Source of the DNA: Candidatus Thorarchaeota archaeon
GTDB taxonomy: Archaea > Asgardarchaeota > Thorarchaeia > Thorarchaeales > Thorarchaeaceae
NCBI GenBank assembly: GCA_038893995.1
Contig: JAWAQK010000012.1
Span: forward strand, 1 to 51,022
DNA length: 51,022 bases
Direction: 5' to 3'
In this document: positions 26,944 to 36,940 of the stretch, one piece after another
Layout of the letters: each line of letters opens with the position of its first letter
Numbering within the stretch: position 1 is the stretch's first letter
Notes under the pieces: model-generated
Seen by the model: the letters and a program-made list of their open reading frames with translations, nothing else
The model's database searches: none
What the model was told of the DNA's origin: nothing
Program-made: the position numbers and the translations under genes

Positions 26944-28620
26944 ATGGACATGGCACAACTATCAGGAACACCAGTTCTGATACTGAAAGAGGGTACAACC
27001 AGAAACAGAGGCAGATCCGCCCAGTCCAATAACATCATGGCGGGCATCGTGATCGCTGACGCTGTAAAGTCGACGCTGGGACCCAGAGGAATGGACAAGA
27101 TGTTGGTCGATTCCCTGGGTGACGTCACGATAACAAATGATGGTGCATCAATCCTGAAGGAGATTGATGTCCAGCATCCTGCCGCCAAGATGCTTGTGGA
27201 GGTTTCGAAGAGCCAGGACCAGGAAACTGGCGACGGTACCACGAGCTCGGTTGTAATCGCAGGCGAACTGCTCAAGAGAGCTCAAGACCTTCTGGACAAG
27301 AAGATTCATCCCACGACGATCGTGAGCGGTTATCAGAAGGCCTCTGAGGAGGCAGCAAGAATTCTGAACGAGATATCACTCCACATGGAGGGTATCGACA
27401 AGAAGCTGCTGAAGAGCATAGCCAGCACCGCGATGAACAGCAAGTCCATCACAGCCGCGAAGGACCACTTTGCAGACATCGCCGTCGATGCGGTCCTGCA
27501 GGTGGTTGAGGATGTTGGTGGGAAGAAGAAGGTCGACATCGACCTGATCGAGATAATCAAGAAGCAAGGAAAGAGCCTTGCTGAAACCGAGCTGGTCAAG
27601 GGAATCGTGGTGGACAAGGAGGTCGTTCATGCGTCGATGCCCAAGAGAGTCGAGAACGCCAAGATTGCCCTGATCAACGCGGCAATCGAGGTTGAGAAGA
27701 CAGAGTTCGACGCTGAGATCAAGATTGAGCGACCTGAACAGATTCAGGCCTTCCTTGACCAGGAGGAACACATGCTGAAGGCCATGGTCGACAAGATCGC
27801 CGCCACTGGTGCAAACGTCCTGATCTGCCAGAAAGGCATCGATGACGTTGCTCAGCACTACCTCGCCAAGGCTGGCATAATGGCTGTCCGGAGAGCCAAG
27901 AAGAGCACACTCGACCAGCTTGCCAAGGCTACTGGCGGGAAGGTTGCATCCAGTCTTGAGGAGTTGACTAGCGAGTATCTCGGCTCGGCGGGAGTTGTCG
28001 AGGAAGTGAGGATCGGAGAGGACAAGCTGGTCTACGTCCGTGACTGCAAGGATCCGAAGGCGGTATCGATAGTCATTCGTGGAGGCACCGAGCACGTTGT
28101 GGACGAGGCAGAGCGTGCCCTGCACGATGCCCTCTGCGTCGTACGCAATGTCGTCGAGGATGGCACCTACGTTGCCGGTGGCGGTGCGATCGAGACGGAG
28201 CTTGCAAAGAGACTCGAGGCCTATGCTGACAAGACCTCCGGACGTGAGAGACTGGCTGTCGAGGCCTTTGCCGAATCGATCCGCATCATTCCGAAGACCC
28301 TTGCCGAGAATGGCGGACACGACCCGATAGATGTCATGGCTGAGCTGAGCAAGGAGCACGCCAAGGACACCGGTATTTGGTACGGTGTTGACGTCTTCCA
28401 GGGCAAGGCGCAGGACATGCTTAAGGCGGGCGTGATCGAGCCGTCAAGAGTCAAGTTGCAGGCAATCCGGTCCGCATCCGAGGCCGCTCAGATGATCCTG
28501 AGGATCGACGACGTGATTGCTGCTAAGGCCACCCCACCACCATCTGAGGGTGGAGGACAGGGCGGTCCTGGTGGTGCTGGCGGTCCTGGCGGTATGGGCG
28601 GCATGGGCGGCATGATGTAG
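26944..28620 (+). CDS. ths: Thermosome subunit (group II chaperonin)
   Basis: [25 protein letters not shown] and ILRIDDVI motifs; Gly/Met-rich GGM tail. Confidence 0.97.
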   Translation: MDMAQLSGTPVLILKEGTTRNRGRSAQSNNIMAGIVIADAVKSTLGPRGMDKMLVDSLGDVTITNDGASILKEIDVQHPAAKMLVEVSKSQDQETGDGTTSSVVIAGELLKRAQDLLDKKIHPTTIVSGYQKASEEAARILNEISLHMEGIDKKLLKSIASTAMNSKSITAAKDHFADIAVDAVLQVVEDVGGKKKVDIDLIEIIKKQGKSLAETELVKGIVVDKEVVHASMPKRVENAKIALINAAIEVEKTEFDAEIKIERPEQIQAFLDQEEHMLKAMVDKIAATGANVLICQKGIDDVAQHYLAKAGIMAVRRAKKSTLDQLAKATGGKVASSLEELTSEYLGSAGVVEEVRIGEDKLVYVRDCKDPKAVSIVIRGGTEHVVDEAERALHDALCVVRNVVEDGTYVAGGGAIETELAKRLEAYADKTSGRERLAVEAFAESIRIIPKTLAENGGHDPIDVMAELSKEHAKDTGIWYGVDVFQGKAQDMLKAGVIEPSRVKLQAIRSASEAAQMILRIDDVIAAKATPPPSEGGGQGGPGGAGGPGGMGGMGGMM

Positions 28621-28634
28621 TTTCGAAGACCCAC

Positions 28635-28672
28635 GGGGTTGGAGTTTATCTCCAACTCCCATTCTTCTTTTC
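28635..28672 (+). terminator. Hairpin plus U-rich tract after the thermosome gene
   Basis: GGGGTTGGAG-TTTAT-CTCCAACTCC stem (one G-U pair) followed by ATTCTTCTTTTC, 14 nt after the stop. Confidence 0.7.
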
Positions 28673-28688
28673 ATGGAGCGTCTTCCTG

Positions 28689-29552
28689 ATGGCCCTCCGA
28701 ATACTCATTCTGGGCATCAATCCGTTCGACTCAGGAAAGACGACCCTTGCGCTTCAGCTTGGTTCGTGGCTAGTTTCTCAGGGTCGCTCAGTCAATTACT
28801 TCAAACCTGTAAGTGGTCACAACTACTGGTACAGACACGAACACACGGTCGTCTGTACGAACGAGAGGGCACTTATCTCAGCTGATGCGACGGCGTTCTC
28901 CCGAGCGGTCGGCAGCGACCTGCCTATCGTGCTGATGAACCCTGTACACACTCTGTTTGTACCAGCAAGACTGGATTCCCGTGGTCAGCCCCCAGTCAGT
29001 TCTCTTGGTTTCGCAGGATGGGACTCATTCCTCGTGATGCAGCGATTCACAAATGCCGACGGCGAGAACTTGAGATCCACCGTCCTGGTTGCCTCACATC
29101 TGATAGACAACGATACTGTGATGCTGTCGACGGACGAGGCAATGGCTCTGGTCGGACAGGCCACTGTCATGGTTGTCGATAGACTCGATCAGTTCACAGA
29201 GTTTGAGCACCACAACCTGAACCGATGCGTCAGCAGCTGCTACAGGCGTGTAGAGAGCTGTTCTCAGATAGTATTGATTGAGTCGTTCAACGACTCGGTA
29301 TGGCCATGGTCGGAGCTTGACAGAGTTGATGTTGTAATTGCGGTGGGGCCGGGCAATCTCCTGGAGTTCGACGCCGACAAGGTCAAGAGAGCAGTGGACC
29401 ATCTCTGCAGACCAGAAAGTGACATAAGAGCTGTGACATTCCCAATGATGCGCGAGATGATTCGACCCATGCGGAACTACAGGCTCGTTCCGCGGGTGGG
29501 ACTGAGTGCTGGTGACCTATCGCACCTGATGAATCGAGCAGAACTGGTATGA
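28689..29552 (+). CDS. Predicted archaeal P-loop ATPase/GTPase (COG4028-like)
   Basis: LILGINPFDSGKTT Walker A, FKPVSGHNYW, MNPVH and VLIESFND motifs. Confidence 0.75.
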   Translation: MALRILILGINPFDSGKTTLALQLGSWLVSQGRSVNYFKPVSGHNYWYRHEHTVVCTNERALISADATAFSRAVGSDLPIVLMNPVHTLFVPARLDSRGQPPVSSLGFAGWDSFLVMQRFTNADGENLRSTVLVASHLIDNDTVMLSTDEAMALVGQATVMVVDRLDQFTEFEHHNLNRCVSSCYRRVESCSQIVLIESFNDSVWPWSELDRVDVVIAVGPGNLLEFDADKVKRAVDHLCRPESDIRAVTFPMMREMIRPMRNYRLVPRVGLSAGDLSHLMNRAELV

Positions 29553-29578
29553 ACCACAATCATGGCGGGTGATCTCAC

Positions 29579-30523
29579 ATGTCCGAGGAACTCAACTGGG
29601 AACTCATAGTCGTAGGCGGAGGCCCTGCTGGAATGACTGCAGCAATCTACGCGGCTCGTTATGGACTGAAGACTCTGCTACTCGAGTCTAGAGTACTTGG
29701 GGGTGCGCAGGCCACCAGTCCCGCGATTGAGAACTACCCCGGTTTCGACTGGATCCAGGGAATCGAGCTTGCCGAGAAGATGAAGGCACAGGTCCGAAAG
29801 TCAGGTGTCACCATCCGTGAGATAACTGAGGTCCACAAGATACGTCGCACGGAGGACGGTACTGGTTTCCTGCTCGAAACCAGGAGGGGGACCTACCGCG
29901 CAGGAGCAGTCATCCTAGCTACAGGTGGGGGCCACAGGAAACTCAACGTCCCCGGTGAAGAGTTGTTGACTGGCCGAGGAGTGTCCTATTGTGCTACGTG
30001 CGATGGTCCCCTCTTCAAGAACAAGACGGTCGCAGTGATTGGAGGTGGCAATACTGCCGCGACCGAAGCCCTCTACCTCTCGGAGGTTGCCAGCAGTGTA
30101 TATCTCATTCATCGGAGAGATCAACTCCGCGCCGAGAAGGCGCTACAGGATCTCCTGTTCAGTTCTCCGGTCAAGATACTGTGGAACAAGAGGGTCGTGG
30201 AGTTCAAAGGAGATTCCGTGCTCGAGCGGTTGATACTCGAGGACACCAAGACTGGAGAGCGGAGCGACCTTCAGGTAGATGCGGCGTTCGTTGCGCTGGG
30301 CTCCGATCCTGAGAGCAGACTTGCAAAGGAGATAGGAGTGATGACCAACGAACGCGGAGAGGTGATCGTCGATAGTCATCAGAGGACCAATGTCGCGGGT
30401 GTATTTGCAGCTGGTGATGTCACTGAGTCCATGAAACAGATTGTTGTCGCGGCCGGAACTGGGGCCATCGCTGCGGACTCTGCCTATGCCTATCTGCGGG
30501 GCATGGATTTACGTCCCCGTTGA
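29579..30523 (+). CDS. trxB: Thioredoxin reductase
   Basis: GGGPAG FAD motif, IENYPG, GVSYCATCDG redox pair, GGGNTA and FAAGDV. Confidence 0.95.
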   Translation: MSEELNWELIVVGGGPAGMTAAIYAARYGLKTLLLESRVLGGAQATSPAIENYPGFDWIQGIELAEKMKAQVRKSGVTIREITEVHKIRRTEDGTGFLLETRRGTYRAGAVILATGGGHRKLNVPGEELLTGRGVSYCATCDGPLFKNKTVAVIGGGNTAATEALYLSEVASSVYLIHRRDQLRAEKALQDLLFSSPVKILWNKRVVEFKGDSVLERLILEDTKTGERSDLQVDAAFVALGSDPESRLAKEIGVMTNERGEVIVDSHQRTNVAGVFAAGDVTESMKQIVVAAGTGAIAADSAYAYLRGMDLRPR

Positions 30524-30612
30524 TCACTTGTATTTGGGGAAACGTTAATAACCCCGACCCCTACCGGACCCAACCATCCGGGCCGACAAGCCCTTGCTGG
30601 TGGATGCATCCG

Positions 30613-31830
30613 ATGAAGGCGACCAAAGCTCTGTGTGTTGTACTCCTGACACTGGTCCTGTCAGCAATCATCACCGCCCAGCCTGTTGCAGCCAGCCCAT
30701 CGACTCGTCTTGATTCTGTCTACAGCTTCCTCTCATCCAAGTACAACAAGGACGGGTCAGGCGGTTACGCGCGTGAGTCCCTGGCATCGAGAGCCCCATC
30801 CACATACTCTGCCATCTACTCCCTCGACAAGTTGGGCTATCTGGACAGTCGGCCTCCCATCATCGACCTGGTGAAGGTGATGAACTTCACGCGTTGGCTG
30901 CAGTGGAAGTCCGGAGGCGAATCACATGAACGGTACGGAGGCTTCTCTGAATTCGTTGCAGGCCCCGTCTCCATCGCGACGTCCTTTGCGGCAGTGAGCA
31001 CCGTTCAGCTCCTGAAGCGACACAGCGATGTCCCAAACATGCAGAGCATCTCGGTCAACTACACGTCTCTGCTTGTCTTTGTCAACAAGACCCGAGTGTC
31101 CGCGGGAGGTTTTGGTTCTGCTCCTGGACGTTCTGCCGATATGCTGTCCACCTACATGGCAATATCTCTCATTAAGACGGCAGTTGAGGAACTGTCATCC
31201 TCCGCACCGTCTGAGAATCTCACGAAATGGCTCCCGAACCGTGACAACCTGACCCAGTGGATCCTCAGTTGCAGGGTGAACAGCACCAGTTACAACGGCT
31301 TCAAGTTGAGCCCAGCATCGAAAACGCCGGGCATTACCCCAACAGCCTCAGCCCTGATGGCCCTCAGCCTGCTCGGACAACTTGATAGTGTGGCAGACCT
31401 CACAGGTATCGGTCACTGGATCATTGACCGCCAGGCAAACGACACACTACCGAATCTGCGCGGAGGGTTCATGGAGTCGGTGGCCACCAACGACACCAAT
31501 CTGATCTCGACATACTACGCATTGAAGGCCCTTTCTCTCATCCCAGGCATTGTCGGTCTCGATTCCGATGCGTCATTGGACTTTGTGCTGAGATGTCAGG
31601 CTGCCGACGGAAGCTGGTCGTTCACCCCGGGGATGACAAAGGGTGATATCGACTACATATACATGGCCGTCGAGTCCATCCTGCTGTTGAATCGAGATCC
31701 ACGTACGGCCCTGTTGGTGGAGGACCCCAATAGCCTCGCCCCACCACTTGTCGATTGGAGGATCGTCTTCGTGATCGGGTTCCTGGTCGTGGGCGCGGCA
31801 GTGGGTATAGTCTCGGTGAGAAGGGACTGA
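30613..31830 (+). CDS. Secreted, C-terminally anchored prenyltransferase/squalene-oxidase-repeat protein
   Basis: Signal peptide MKATKALCVVLLTL...VAA; repeated GGF...TY.A units (GGFGSAPG, RGGFMES, CQAADGSW); C-terminal TM followed by RRD. Confidence 0.8.
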   Translation: MKATKALCVVLLTLVLSAIITAQPVAASPSTRLDSVYSFLSSKYNKDGSGGYARESLASRAPSTYSAIYSLDKLGYLDSRPPIIDLVKVMNFTRWLQWKSGGESHERYGGFSEFVAGPVSIATSFAAVSTVQLLKRHSDVPNMQSISVNYTSLLVFVNKTRVSAGGFGSAPGRSADMLSTYMAISLIKTAVEELSSSAPSENLTKWLPNRDNLTQWILSCRVNSTSYNGFKLSPASKTPGITPTASALMALSLLGQLDSVADLTGIGHWIIDRQANDTLPNLRGGFMESVATNDTNLISTYYALKALSLIPGIVGLDSDASLDFVLRCQAADGSWSFTPGMTKGDIDYIYMAVESILLLNRDPRTALLVEDPNSLAPPLVDWRIVFVIGFLVVGAAVGIVSVRRD

Positions 31831-31902
31831 GAGGGCCAGTAGCAGTACTATATCTCTGCACAACCTTCAAAGGTAAGAATGCAGGTCGCAGGGGGGACTA
31901 CA

Positions 31903-33417
31903 ATGTCCGGTCCCATACAAGATGATGAGTACGTTCCCAGATACAGACGAGGGTTTGAGTGGTTCGCCCACATCGCGAGGACTGAGATGGCCAACAGGCC
32001 GTGGCGAAGACTGGGCATATTCTCGTTTCACGACTCTCCATACGTGGAGAGCGATACGCTCTATCTGTCGCCCAAACAGGTATTGCTTGCGATGGCTGCC
32101 ATCTCTCGCAGTCCAGACACAGCCATAGTCATGGTTGTAGATGCTATGGAGCGGGAGGAGATGGGACTGAGTACCCGTCAGGGCTTCAATCAGTTTATCG
32201 AACTCTATGACTCGATCTTCCCGGGTGCCTTCAAGCTCTACTTCGGCCCGAAGGACTCGGACAGAACTTGGCTTCATGACCAGCCGTCATTGAAGATCCC
32301 ACTGGAGTGGATGATCAGACATCCCAACCTATTCGCGGAGGTGCTCTCTGACGCATCACCGGTGGGCGAGATAGTGAGTCCGGCAGACGCATCGTTTGAA
32401 GACTATGCAGGAATGATAGAGATACTGAAGGAGAAGCTTGGTCCGCCCTCTCTCAGCGAGGAGGTCCTTGGAAAGATTCGTAGCACCGAGGCCAGTGAGT
32501 ACGCGGGGGAGGTCGTGGGCCTGATGACTGTCTTCATCAGCCCCACGGTTGCGGTCACAAGGGGCGTAAAGTACCTGGGCAAGTTCGTGAACATGCTCAA
32601 GGATCGGCGACGGCAAGAAGTCAAGGAGGTCTACGCCGAGTGGACGAAGCGCATAGAGGAGGGATATACTGAGGAGAAACTGCGACAGTTCTTCGACGAT
32701 GATCCCTCGTATGACTCTGGACTGCTGACTGCCGTGAAGCAGAAACGTCCAGCACTCATAGTCCTAGAGACTCGTGGCACACTCTACGACATGTTCGTGC
32801 CGCTAATACTCCAGCAACTTGTCGAGGAAGTGGGATACGTGCCGCCTCACCTGCGACCAAGGCGTGATCCGAGGTCATCCCTGCAGGATTCGCGTGCTCA
32901 GGGGGCGCCAACCAGCGAGGACACGGCCTCAGAGTTCATGCAACCAGTTGAGCCATCTGCACCAGCGGGACAGTCCGACTTCGAGGGTCTCCCGAAGGTT
33001 GTCTTGTTCCTTGATGCCGCTACGCATCTGTCCAAGTTCAATAGGTCCTTCAAGTTTGCACTGAATCTTCCCGAGCGCTTTCCCAACATGAGCGTCGCAG
33101 CATCCTTCTTCACCGAACGTGACAAGATAAGTAAGGCTCTCGAGGACGGAGTTGTAGAGTACATGTCTGAGCGAGCACTGGTGTTCGACCTGCATCCCCA
33201 TCTCTTTGATAACGTTACTGGTAACATTCCGGTCTCGCTCAAGGCGTGGCTCATAGGCGAGCTTCAAAAGATGGAACAGATACACTCGCAGGGCGGGGTC
33301 GCCTTTCTCGAGTACTATGCTCCAGAGAAGCGCAAGTGGACTCTGAGAGTTGTGGAGAAGCCCACTCCTGCAGTAGTACGGGAGATTCGAAGGTGGTTCC
33401 ATCTCCGGTCGCATTAG
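31903..33417 (+). CDS. Hypothetical protein, possible catalytically degenerate HerA/FtsK-like P-loop fold
   Basis: Long ORF with an SD-like GGGGGGA before ATG 31903. LGIFS, IVMVVD and VVLFLDAATH resemble the HerA-family strands but lack GKS/T and DE. Confidence 0.55.
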   Translation: MSGPIQDDEYVPRYRRGFEWFAHIARTEMANRPWRRLGIFSFHDSPYVESDTLYLSPKQVLLAMAAISRSPDTAIVMVVDAMEREEMGLSTRQGFNQFIELYDSIFPGAFKLYFGPKDSDRTWLHDQPSLKIPLEWMIRHPNLFAEVLSDASPVGEIVSPADASFEDYAGMIEILKEKLGPPSLSEEVLGKIRSTEASEYAGEVVGLMTVFISPTVAVTRGVKYLGKFVNMLKDRRRQEVKEVYAEWTKRIEEGYTEEKLRQFFDDDPSYDSGLLTAVKQKRPALIVLETRGTLYDMFVPLILQQLVEEVGYVPPHLRPRRDPRSSLQDSRAQGAPTSEDTASEFMQPVEPSAPAGQSDFEGLPKVVLFLDAATHLSKFNRSFKFALNLPERFPNMSVAASFFTERDKISKALEDGVVEYMSERALVFDLHPHLFDNVTGNIPVSLKAWLIGELQKMEQIHSQGGVAFLEYYAPEKRKWTLRVVEKPTPAVVREIRRWFHLRSH

Positions 33418-33437
33418 CATCTCAGGCGTCGCTGTGG

Positions 33438-33611
33438 ACCTCCCGTCAATCATGGATGTTGAGTCGAAAACCTGCGCCAGGGTGCAATCATATGATCTGG
33501 CATCTCAGGGTGCCATCCATTTCCGAGTAGACCGCTGGATGGAGCGTGGGCATGAGGCGTCTGTCCTACTATCTAGAGGTGCCATGAGGGCAGGGTTTTC
33601 CGTCGGGAGGT
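33438..33611 (+). ncRNA. Candidate structured intergenic RNA (unclassified)
   Basis: Four nested complementary segments of 7-10 bp in the correct order; see findings. Confidence 0.35.
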
Positions 33612-33687
33612 TGTGAGTGATTGATGAACTAGACCGGAACATACGATATTGCTTTCCCGCAAGAGATATAATGGGCGTCTGCTATGA

Positions 33688-34134
33688 TTGAGTCGTCAGT
33701 CTGGAGGCACGAAGTTGAGCAAGTCCGACATGACGCAGGCTCGCGTGATGAGAGTCCAGAAGGGGAATGTCGTGACACTCCCCGCTGAATTTGTGAACGA
33801 GATATCGAGGGAGTATGCCCTTGCAATACTGGTCCGCAAGGACGCCAGCGTCAAGCTGTACCCCGTCGGCAAGAGTGACGTGATGTACCTGAAACTTGAG
33901 ATCGAGAAGCTCAGCAAGAGTTTCCTCGAGGACCTCACGTCTGTTTTCGAACAGGCTGGTCTGGATGACATCCTGTTCACCAGTGGTATATGTCAGGCCG
34001 CAAACCAGTGTTACTATGAGTGCTATTTCACTCCTGACCAACTGAAGATGCCCGCGGACCAGCTCGAGCTTCGGATGAGGAACATAGCTGGTGTTCAGAA
34101 GGTCGTTCTTCATAAGGTACAGGTACTAGGCTGA
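33688..34134 (+). CDS. AbrB/MazE-like N-terminal domain plus ACT-like domain protein (putative regulator)
   Basis: RVMRVQKGNVVTLPAEF resembles a swapped hairpin; the C-terminal beta-alpha-beta-beta-alpha-beta region (ILFTSGIC...CYYECYF, IAGVQKV) is ACT-like. Confidence 0.6.
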   Translation: MSRQSGGTKLSKSDMTQARVMRVQKGNVVTLPAEFVNEISREYALAILVRKDASVKLYPVGKSDVMYLKLEIEKLSKSFLEDLTSVFEQAGLDDILFTSGICQAANQCYYECYFTPDQLKMPADQLELRMRNIAGVQKVVLHKVQVLG

Positions 34135-34168
34135 GATAGGGTCTTCTAGCAGGATCCGTCGGATTCAG

Positions 34169-35662
34169 ATGGCGTCAATACATGCCGTTGTCAGTCTTGC
34201 TGGCCGACGTGACCAAGCGTCACCTGTCGTTCCACCAAATGTGTTCAATCTTCCCGAGTCCGATTCAATAGGCTGGACCTCACCAGACCACGGGTACGTG
34301 CTTGAAATCCTAGTGAGATCGATCAGCAATAGGTTCTCGTTCTCCCAGGTCTGTCCAGAACGTCTTCACGTTGCACTACTGTCAGCTCCTTCCAACTTCG
34401 GTCCATCCCCTCTGAGTACTGAATCCGCCCGGAGAGATGGCCTGCATCTGGTTGCAGACAAGCATGGCCTGAGTCTCTGGAGAACTGGCTATTCTTCCGT
34501 ACCGATATACCTTCACCTTGAGGATCAGACTCTGTACACGTCATCCGAAATGACCACACTAGAGGTGGAGTCTTGTCTCCCCTCGATCAGATTGCCCTCG
34601 TCCTCTGTCCTGAGAATGAGCCCTATCAGCGGGCAGATCTGTGTGTCAGATTGCTGTGAGCCGATCCCCAGACCAGATCCGTCCCTGGACGTACATGAGG
34701 CCGTCAATGATCTGCAGGCGGCGCTGATGGGATCTCTCAGTTTTGTACGACGCGAAGCGCCATGTGTACTCTTCTCGGGTGGCCTTGACAGCTCGCTGTT
34801 GGCATGTGCATGCGCCCGTCTGTCTTCTGAAGTCCGACTCATGACATGTGCAGCCGCAGGATCGTCGGACTACGAGTGGGCTCCTGAGGCGGCAGACCTG
34901 ATTGGTCGCCCCCTATCTCGGATAGAGATGACTGACGAACTTGTCTGGGAGAGTCTGCCCACTGTCATCTACGCGACAGGGCGGACCTCGACCATGGATG
35001 TCGAGATCGCTCTGTGTGTCTACTTGGCTGCTACGAAGGCCTTGCAATCGGGCAGTCTTGTCGTATCAGGCCAGGGTCCGGATGAGCTGTTCGCAGGCTA
35101 TGCTAGACATGCTAGACTATTGGACGAACGTGGGCCTCGTGAGGTCGAGAACATGATCAGGTCTGATGTCATGCGTACGGCGGATGTCAACCTGGACCGA
35201 GACAGAAGGGCCTCTCTCGCGGCAGGCTGCGAGATAGTCTTTCCCTACATGACCACCGGTTTTGTCAACTCCGCCATGAGAATTCCTATTGAGATGAAGA
35301 TCAGTCCTGAGGGAACTCGCAAGGCCGTGTTCAGACAACTTGCCAGGAGCATGGGACTTCCCGCCGAGATCAGTGAGAGACCTAAGAAGGCTACCCAGTA
35401 CAGCTCCGGTTGTTCAGAATTGCTGATCGAAACGGTCAGGGACAGAGTCAGATCGGACAGTGGTTGGACACGTCGGAGGAGACACAGGATCGTTCAAAGC
35501 GTGCTCGACAAGATCGGATACATGTTGGGTATCGCGCCTCCGCCGTCCCATGCTGACGATGTGCATCTGCTCGATGATGAACCTATTCTCAGACTTCTAG
35601 ATCGCCTTGAGCGGGCCGGGTTTGACAATTGCCGAGGTGGGGACAGTCGCGGAGCCGTCTGA
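34169..35662 (+). CDS. Asparagine synthetase B-like protein (PP-loop domain; degenerate glutaminase domain)
   Basis: VLFSGGLDSS, SGQGPDELFAGY and RPKKATQYSSG motifs; the N-terminus lacks the Cys-1 nucleophile. Confidence 0.8.
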   Translation: MASIHAVVSLAGRRDQASPVVPPNVFNLPESDSIGWTSPDHGYVLEILVRSISNRFSFSQVCPERLHVALLSAPSNFGPSPLSTESARRDGLHLVADKHGLSLWRTGYSSVPIYLHLEDQTLYTSSEMTTLEVESCLPSIRLPSSSVLRMSPISGQICVSDCCEPIPRPDPSLDVHEAVNDLQAALMGSLSFVRREAPCVLFSGGLDSSLLACACARLSSEVRLMTCAAAGSSDYEWAPEAADLIGRPLSRIEMTDELVWESLPTVIYATGRTSTMDVEIALCVYLAATKALQSGSLVVSGQGPDELFAGYARHARLLDERGPREVENMIRSDVMRTADVNLDRDRRASLAAGCEIVFPYMTTGFVNSAMRIPIEMKISPEGTRKAVFRQLARSMGLPAEISERPKKATQYSSGCSELLIETVRDRVRSDSGWTRRRRHRIVQSVLDKIGYMLGIAPPPSHADDVHLLDDEPILRLLDRLERAGFDNCRGGDSRGAV

Positions 35663-35797
35663 CCGGTCAGTCCTGAGTTCCCGGGACCATGTCGCTAGTG
35701 ATATATATCTGGACGCCAAGACGGTCTCGCAGTGGCGTCGGGATAGTGTACCGACATTCGACAAACGTCGTCAATCAATTTGACATATGTCGTAAGG

Positions 35798-35805
35798 TTA
35801 TTAAG
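35798..35805 (+). promoter_or_regulatory. Putative TATA box of the mevalonate operon
   Basis: TTATTAAG about 65 bp upstream of the HMG-CoA synthase start; SD AAGGAG just before the GTG. Confidence 0.45.
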
Positions 35806-35870
35806 AGGCCCTGGAACGGAGGCCAACTCAATACTGCAAGCAGGTTTGTCGAGTCCGAAACAAGGAGATA

Positions 35871-36920
35871 GTGACATTGGTCGGAATCGTTGGTTATGGT
35901 GTATACATCCCTAGATATAGAATAAAGACACAGGAGATCGCCGCCATCTGGGGTGAGGACGGCGACGCAATGAGTCAGGGTCTTGGGGTCTTCGAGAAAT
36001 CTCTCCCGGGTCCCGATGAGGATGTTGCGACCATATCAGTCGAGGCTGCGCGGAACGCGGTCAAGTATGCTGGAATAGATCCAAAGGACATCGGTGCGAT
36101 ATACGTGGGTTCCGAGTCTCACCCCTATGCTGTGAAACCAACCGGCACGATCGTTGCAGAGGCGATAGGTTGCGATGGTGACCTGACCTGTGCGGACTAT
36201 GAGTTCGCCTGCAAGGCGGGTACGGCAGCCATCCAGACTTGCATGGGCCTAGTGTCGTCTGGAATGATAAAGTACGGACTGGCCATAGGGTCTGATACGG
36301 CCCAGAGTCGTCCTGGCGATGCACTTGAGTACTCTGCTGCTGCCGGTGGGGCTGCATATGTGATAGGCAGTGACAATGTCATAGCTACAATCACGGCGAC
36401 TGCATCATTCACAACTGACACGCCCGACTTCTGGAGAAGGGAGGGTGAGGATTTCCCGAGTCACGGAGCCCGGTTCACTGGTGAGCCGGCGTACTTCAGG
36501 CATATCCAGACTGCTGCCAAGCTCTTGCTACAGAAGACAGACACAAGAGTCGAAGACTATGATTACTTTGTGTTTCATATGCCCAACGGCAAGTTCCCGC
36601 TGAGCGTTGGAAAGGAACTGGGTGTGCCAAAGGAGAAAATGGAAGATGGACTGGTGGTGCGTCGCATCGGAAACACCTACTCAGGTTCCTCCATGATCGG
36701 ACTTGCAAGAGTGCTGGATGTCGCGAAGCCTGGCTCGAGGATATTCATGGTGTCTTACGGATCCGGAGCCGGCAGCGATGCTTTCTCGATTCGTGTAGAG
36801 GACGGAATCGAACAGCACAGAGGAAAGGTACCCACTGTCGATGACTACATCGAGAGAAAGACGTACGTCAGTTATGCAGTATATGCCAAGTATAGGCGAA
36901 AGATCAAGGCAATCGGGTGA
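35871..36920 (+). CDS. Hydroxymethylglutaryl-CoA synthase (archaeal)
   Basis: [19 protein letters not shown] catalytic Cys, [15 protein letters not shown] and SYGSGAGSD. Confidence 0.96.
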   Translation: MTLVGIVGYGVYIPRYRIKTQEIAAIWGEDGDAMSQGLGVFEKSLPGPDEDVATISVEAARNAVKYAGIDPKDIGAIYVGSESHPYAVKPTGTIVAEAIGCDGDLTCADYEFACKAGTAAIQTCMGLVSSGMIKYGLAIGSDTAQSRPGDALEYSAAAGGAAYVIGSDNVIATITATASFTTDTPDFWRREGEDFPSHGARFTGEPAYFRHIQTAAKLLLQKTDTRVEDYDYFVFHMPNGKFPLSVGKELGVPKEKMEDGLVVRRIGNTYSGSSMIGLARVLDVAKPGSRIFMVSYGSGAGSDAFSIRVEDGIEQHRGKVPTVDDYIERKTYVSYAVYAKYRRKIKAIG

Positions 36921-36940
36921 TACTTGAGGAGGTTAGAAAG

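Noticed and set aside
27376-28359. 327-aa minus-strand ORF
   Set aside because: Antisense to the thermosome gene; an artefact of codon bias.
28545-28617. GGC/GGT-rich tandem repeats
   Set aside because: They encode the ordinary Gly/Met-rich chaperonin tail; not a CRISPR array or mobile repeat.
33434-33616. 60-aa ORF over the structured intergenic element; also considered SRP RNA, RNase P RNA and SECIS
   Set aside because: The ORF has no motifs; I saw no SRP helix-8 or RNase P consensus on either strand, and no neighbouring gene with an in-frame UGA.
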